Source: Terriglobia bacterium
GTDB lineage: Bacteria > Acidobacteriota > Terriglobia > 20CM-2-55-15
Direction of reading: 5' to 3'
Assembly: GCA_963664115.2 (NCBI GenBank)
Contig: CAXWPJ010000010.1
Coordinates: 480,001 to 544,000, forward strand
Length of the DNA stretch: 64,000 nucleotides
The notes below the pieces were generated by a model that did no database searches, was not told where the DNA came from, and saw nothing but the letters and a program-made list of their open reading frames with translations. Shown here in pieces: positions 60,982 to 64,000 of this stretch. Both the position numbers and the translations under genes were made by a program. Position 1 is the first letter of the stretch. Each line of letters starts with the position of its first letter.

Positions 60982-61182
60982 TCAGTTACGCGCGGGCTGC
61001 GGTCGGTGCAATCGCTTGTGTTCCAACAACAGGTGCAGTCGCCTTCGGTGAGAAGGGTTTGCGTCCTCGAAATCGGCACCGCAGACGTTGCAACGGTACC
61101 AGCGAATCCGGAAGGTCGTCGACTCACTATCTGCCAGGGCAACTTCTTCGAGCTCTGGTCTCATGGTTTTCTGGATGCTCAT
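60982..61182 (-). CDS. Small putative zinc-finger protein
   Basis: YRCNVCGADF...RLHLLLEH. Confidence 0.45.
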   Translation of the reverse strand: MSIQKTMRPELEEVALADSESTTFRIRWYRCNVCGADFEDANPSHRRRLHLLLEHKRLHRPQPARN

Positions 61183-61814
61183 CCGATATGGGGATCCGTA
61201 CCTCGATATAAGGTCAGATCCTCAACTCCTCCCGGCGACGTATTCTCATCAGGCGGACTTTATACAACCAAGCGCCCCTGTTACAAGTCTAACCGCATCG
61301 CCGAGCCCCCATTGTAAGACACGTCACCCACTTTCACCAATTAGAAACAGGGGGTACCCTCACGTTTTTTTACCTCAGGCGCCAGATCGCGACCTCAGTT
61401 CTTAAGACAGCCACCTTGTAAGTGGTTGACAAATAGATCTCAAATCTACCACCGGATCTGACCAGGGCCTCAATCACACTGGAGATTTCCTCCCCTTCCC
61501 GGGCCTCGATTGCAAAATCCTGGAATCCCACCGGACTTCCGGCCCGCGCCCCGAAGACACAGCCTGCCCCTACCAGGCTGTGGGGGCAGGCTGGGGAAGA
61601 GGGCGAATCGCCCTCTCACCGGAAATACCCTAATTGCGTATGTTAGAATGTGCCGGCAGATTCGGAATAGCCAACACGCCCGGCCTGAGATCCGTAGACG
61701 GAACCGTCGCCTCACCTTGGACCGATCCGAGCCGCCTGGCCCCGTTTCTCGTTAGCATCCGAAAGACGCTCGGTGCCCGAATGACGCTTAATTCGGAATC
61801 GCGGCTGAGCGAAA

Positions 61815-63199
61815 GAGTTATAACCGAATCTGGTGTTTGAGGGATTGAATAAGAGCGGCGTATCTGGTTGATTTGTTGTGACAAAACTTCAAAGCAACCA
61901 TAGGAGATACGCCACTGTGAGCAAGAGTAACGTGAATGGACCGGAAGGTCGAGAAACGATTGAGGATCCAGTAACAGAACTACTACGAGTTGGGGCACAG
62001 CAACTGATCCAACGCGCAGTGGAAGCCGAATTGGCAGAGCTGCTATCCCAGCACGGTGGCCGGCGAACTGAGACAGGAAACGCCGGGGTGGTACGCAACG
62101 GTTATCTGCCGGAACGCGAACTGCAGACGGGATTGGGTCCGGTAACAGTCCAAATCCCGAAGGTCCGTGCCAAGACGGGCGAAGCTGTGACGTTCCGATC
62201 GGCCCTGGTACCACCGTACATTCGGAAGACGAAGTCGCTGGAAGCAGCGGTGCCGTGGTTGTATTTGAAAGGCGTTTCCAGCGGCGAGATGGGTGAGGCC
62301 CTAAAAGTTCTTGTCGGTCCCCAGGCGCAGGGTCTGTCGGCGAGCACGGTATCGCGGTTGAAACAGGTTTGGGGCGAACAGTACCGCCTCGGATGCGAGG
62401 AGCGTTTGGATGCAGATCGCTGGGTCTATGTCTGGGCCGACGGCATCTACAGCGGACTTCGGGCGGAACAAACCAAGTTGTGTGCATTGGTCGTGATCGG
62501 CGTGAATGAACGCGGAGAGAAGCGTTTCCTGGCGATCGAAGACGGTGTACGGGAATCGACACAGAGTTGGCGCGAGGTCTTGTTGAAGCTGAAGTCCCGT
62601 GGGATGAATGTTCCGAAGTTGGCCATCGGTGACGGTGCGATGGGGTTCTGGGCCGCACTGGAGGAAATCTATCCCGAGACACGTCAACAACGTTGCTGGA
62701 TGCACAAAGTCATGAACGTCCTCAACTGCCTGCCCAAGTCGGTCCAGGCGAAGGCGAAACAGGCCCTGCACTCGATCTGGCAGGCCGAGACGAAGGCAGA
62801 CGCCGAGAAGGCATTCGACTTGTTCATTGAAACCTATGAACCGAAGTATCCGAAAGCCACACTCTGCCTGCAGAAAGACAGAGAGGAACTGCTGGCCTTT
62901 TACGACTTTCCGGCCAAGCACTGGCAGAGCATCAGAACGACGAATCCCATTGAGTCGACCTTTGCCACCATTCGACACCGAACGAAGCGATCCAGAGGTT
63001 GCCTGACACGGGATGGCATGCTGCACATGATGTTCAAACTGGGCCAGTGCGCTGAGAACAATTGGCGACGATTACGAGGATTCGATGATCTGAGCAAGGT
63101 AATCATCGGAGTGAAATTCAACGATGGTGTCGAAGCGACACAAGTCGATCAGGCCGCCGCTTGAATCAATCTCCTAAACACCACTTTTGACAATAACTC
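61815..63199 (+). mobile_element. IS256-family element, copy 3
   Basis: Same 1385-bp element; 9-bp TSD TGAGCGAAA (61806-61814, 63200-63208). Confidence 0.95.
61878..63164 (+). CDS. IS256-family transposase
   Basis: Protein identical to copies 1 and 2. Confidence 0.95.
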   Translation: MTKLQSNHRRYATVSKSNVNGPEGRETIEDPVTELLRVGAQQLIQRAVEAELAELLSQHGGRRTETGNAGVVRNGYLPERELQTGLGPVTVQIPKVRAKTGEAVTFRSALVPPYIRKTKSLEAAVPWLYLKGVSSGEMGEALKVLVGPQAQGLSASTVSRLKQVWGEQYRLGCEERLDADRWVYVWADGIYSGLRAEQTKLCALVVIGVNERGEKRFLAIEDGVRESTQSWREVLLKLKSRGMNVPKLAIGDGAMGFWAALEEIYPETRQQRCWMHKVMNVLNCLPKSVQAKAKQALHSIWQAETKADAEKAFDLFIETYEPKYPKATLCLQKDREELLAFYDFPAKHWQSIRTTNPIESTFATIRHRTKRSRGCLTRDGMLHMMFKLGQCAENNWRRLRGFDDLSKVIIGVKFNDGVEATQVDQAAA

Positions 63200-63289
63200 T
63201 GAGCGAAAAGCGCTGATAAATAATACTTTACCGGTCTGACTGTGCAGCACCGTCGGCCCTACCTAAGACTTTCAGAGTCGGGAGGACCC

Positions 63290-64000
63290 ATGAATAAACC
63301 GACAGCCGAGCCGAGCCGATATCTTGCCTATACCAGCAAGAATATCGACACGATTCCACAATTCAAGGCCCTGACTTCGGAACAGCGCACGGCTATCAGC
63401 GCGGTTTCCAGAGTGCTCCCGTTCCGGGTGAATAACTATGTCATTGACGAACTCATTAACTGGGATGACATACCCCGCGACCCGATATTCCAGCTGACCT
63501 TTCCGCAGGAAGGCATGCTTTCTGGGGAAGACTTCGACTGCATTCGAGGTCTGATCGACGAAGAAGCGCCGGAAGCGCACATCGACCAGGCTGTACATCA
63601 AATAAGGCTCGGACTCAATCCGCACCCGGCGGGCCAGATGGACATGAACGTCCCCGTCCTGAACGGAGAACCCCAGGCGGGAATGCAGCACAAGTACAGG
63701 GAAACCGTCCTCTTCTTCCCCAGTCAGGGCCAGACCTGCCACGCCTATTGTACGTACTGCTTCCGGTGGGCACAGTTCGTCGGCATGGAGGAATTCAAGT
63801 TCAGCAACAACGAGGTGACTGCGCTGGTGCGATACCTCGAACAACACTCCGAGGTTCGGGATGTGTTGATCACCGGCGGCGACCCGATGATCATGCGAAC
63901 AAACATCCTTCGGAGCTACATCGAGCCACTCCTCAAGATTGAATCGCTCCGCAGCATTCGGATTGGTACGAAGGCATTGGCGTGGTGGCCGTTCCGTTTC
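63290..64000 (+). CDS. KamA-family radical SAM protein (lysine 2,3-aminomutase-like); runs off the window
   Basis: RBS GGAGG; VLPFRVNNYV, HKYRETVLFFP, CHAYCTYCFR (CxxxCxxC), LITGGDP, IRIGTK. Confidence 0.85.
   Translation, partial: MNKPTAEPSRYLAYTSKNIDTIPQFKALTSEQRTAISAVSRVLPFRVNNYVIDELINWDDIPRDPIFQLTFPQEGMLSGEDFDCIRGLIDEEAPEAHIDQAVHQIRLGLNPHPAGQMDMNVPVLNGEPQAGMQHKYRETVLFFPSQGQTCHAYCTYCFRWAQFVGMEEFKFSNNEVTALVRYLEQHSEVRDVLITGGDPMIMRTNILRSYIEPLLKIESLRSIRIGTKALAWWPFRF

Noticed and set aside
61450-61814. Lysine or other riboswitch upstream of the KamA-like gene
   Set aside because: No recognisable consensus by eye; an Rfam scan of the IS-free junction would be needed.
63187-63230. IS256-created hybrid promoter for the KamA-like gene
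   Set aside because: TTGACA is present in the right IR, but no -10-like hexamer lies 16-18 bp downstream.

Overview
Bacterial chromosomal window, GC-rich; the gene repertoire suggests an Acidobacteriota-like organism (inference only). (1) 1-9.9 kb: nested insertion sequences (IS1380 interrupted by IS256; an IS1-family element with cargo genes, also hit by IS256; an IS3-family element) that break one large P-loop ATPase gene (SspC/BREX-type-4-like) into pieces, followed by a 3' tRNA fragment. (2) 10-19 kb: three progressively decayed RAYT-type HUH transposase copies interleaved with a minus-strand array of toxin-antitoxin modules; several toxins are broken, antitoxins are intact, and there are degenerate attC-like sites. 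(3) 19-64 kb: mostly core or metabolic genes (CHRD protein, cytochrome c-PQQ dehydrogenase, otsB-GH15-otsA, fumarate hydratase, M23 peptidase, tcuAB-tctCBA, CDGSH/Rieske/FMN glutamate-synthase-like fusion, Fur-boxed porin/FMN-binding/ApbE cluster, RRM protein, RGPP leader plus TonB-dependent receptor, PGI, KamA-like radical SAM) and a third IS256 copy. Strongest leads for something undescribed: twin 43-aa membrane microproteins, each behind an identically spaced sigma54-type promoter (absent from the ORF track); two clusters of secreted DUF6152 proteins with a predicted mature N-terminal His-His plus Cys-motif partner proteins; the cargo-carrying IS1-family element; and a recurring pattern of new genes inserted between duplicated gene ends. 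All family assignments come from motif recognition by eye; no database search was run.
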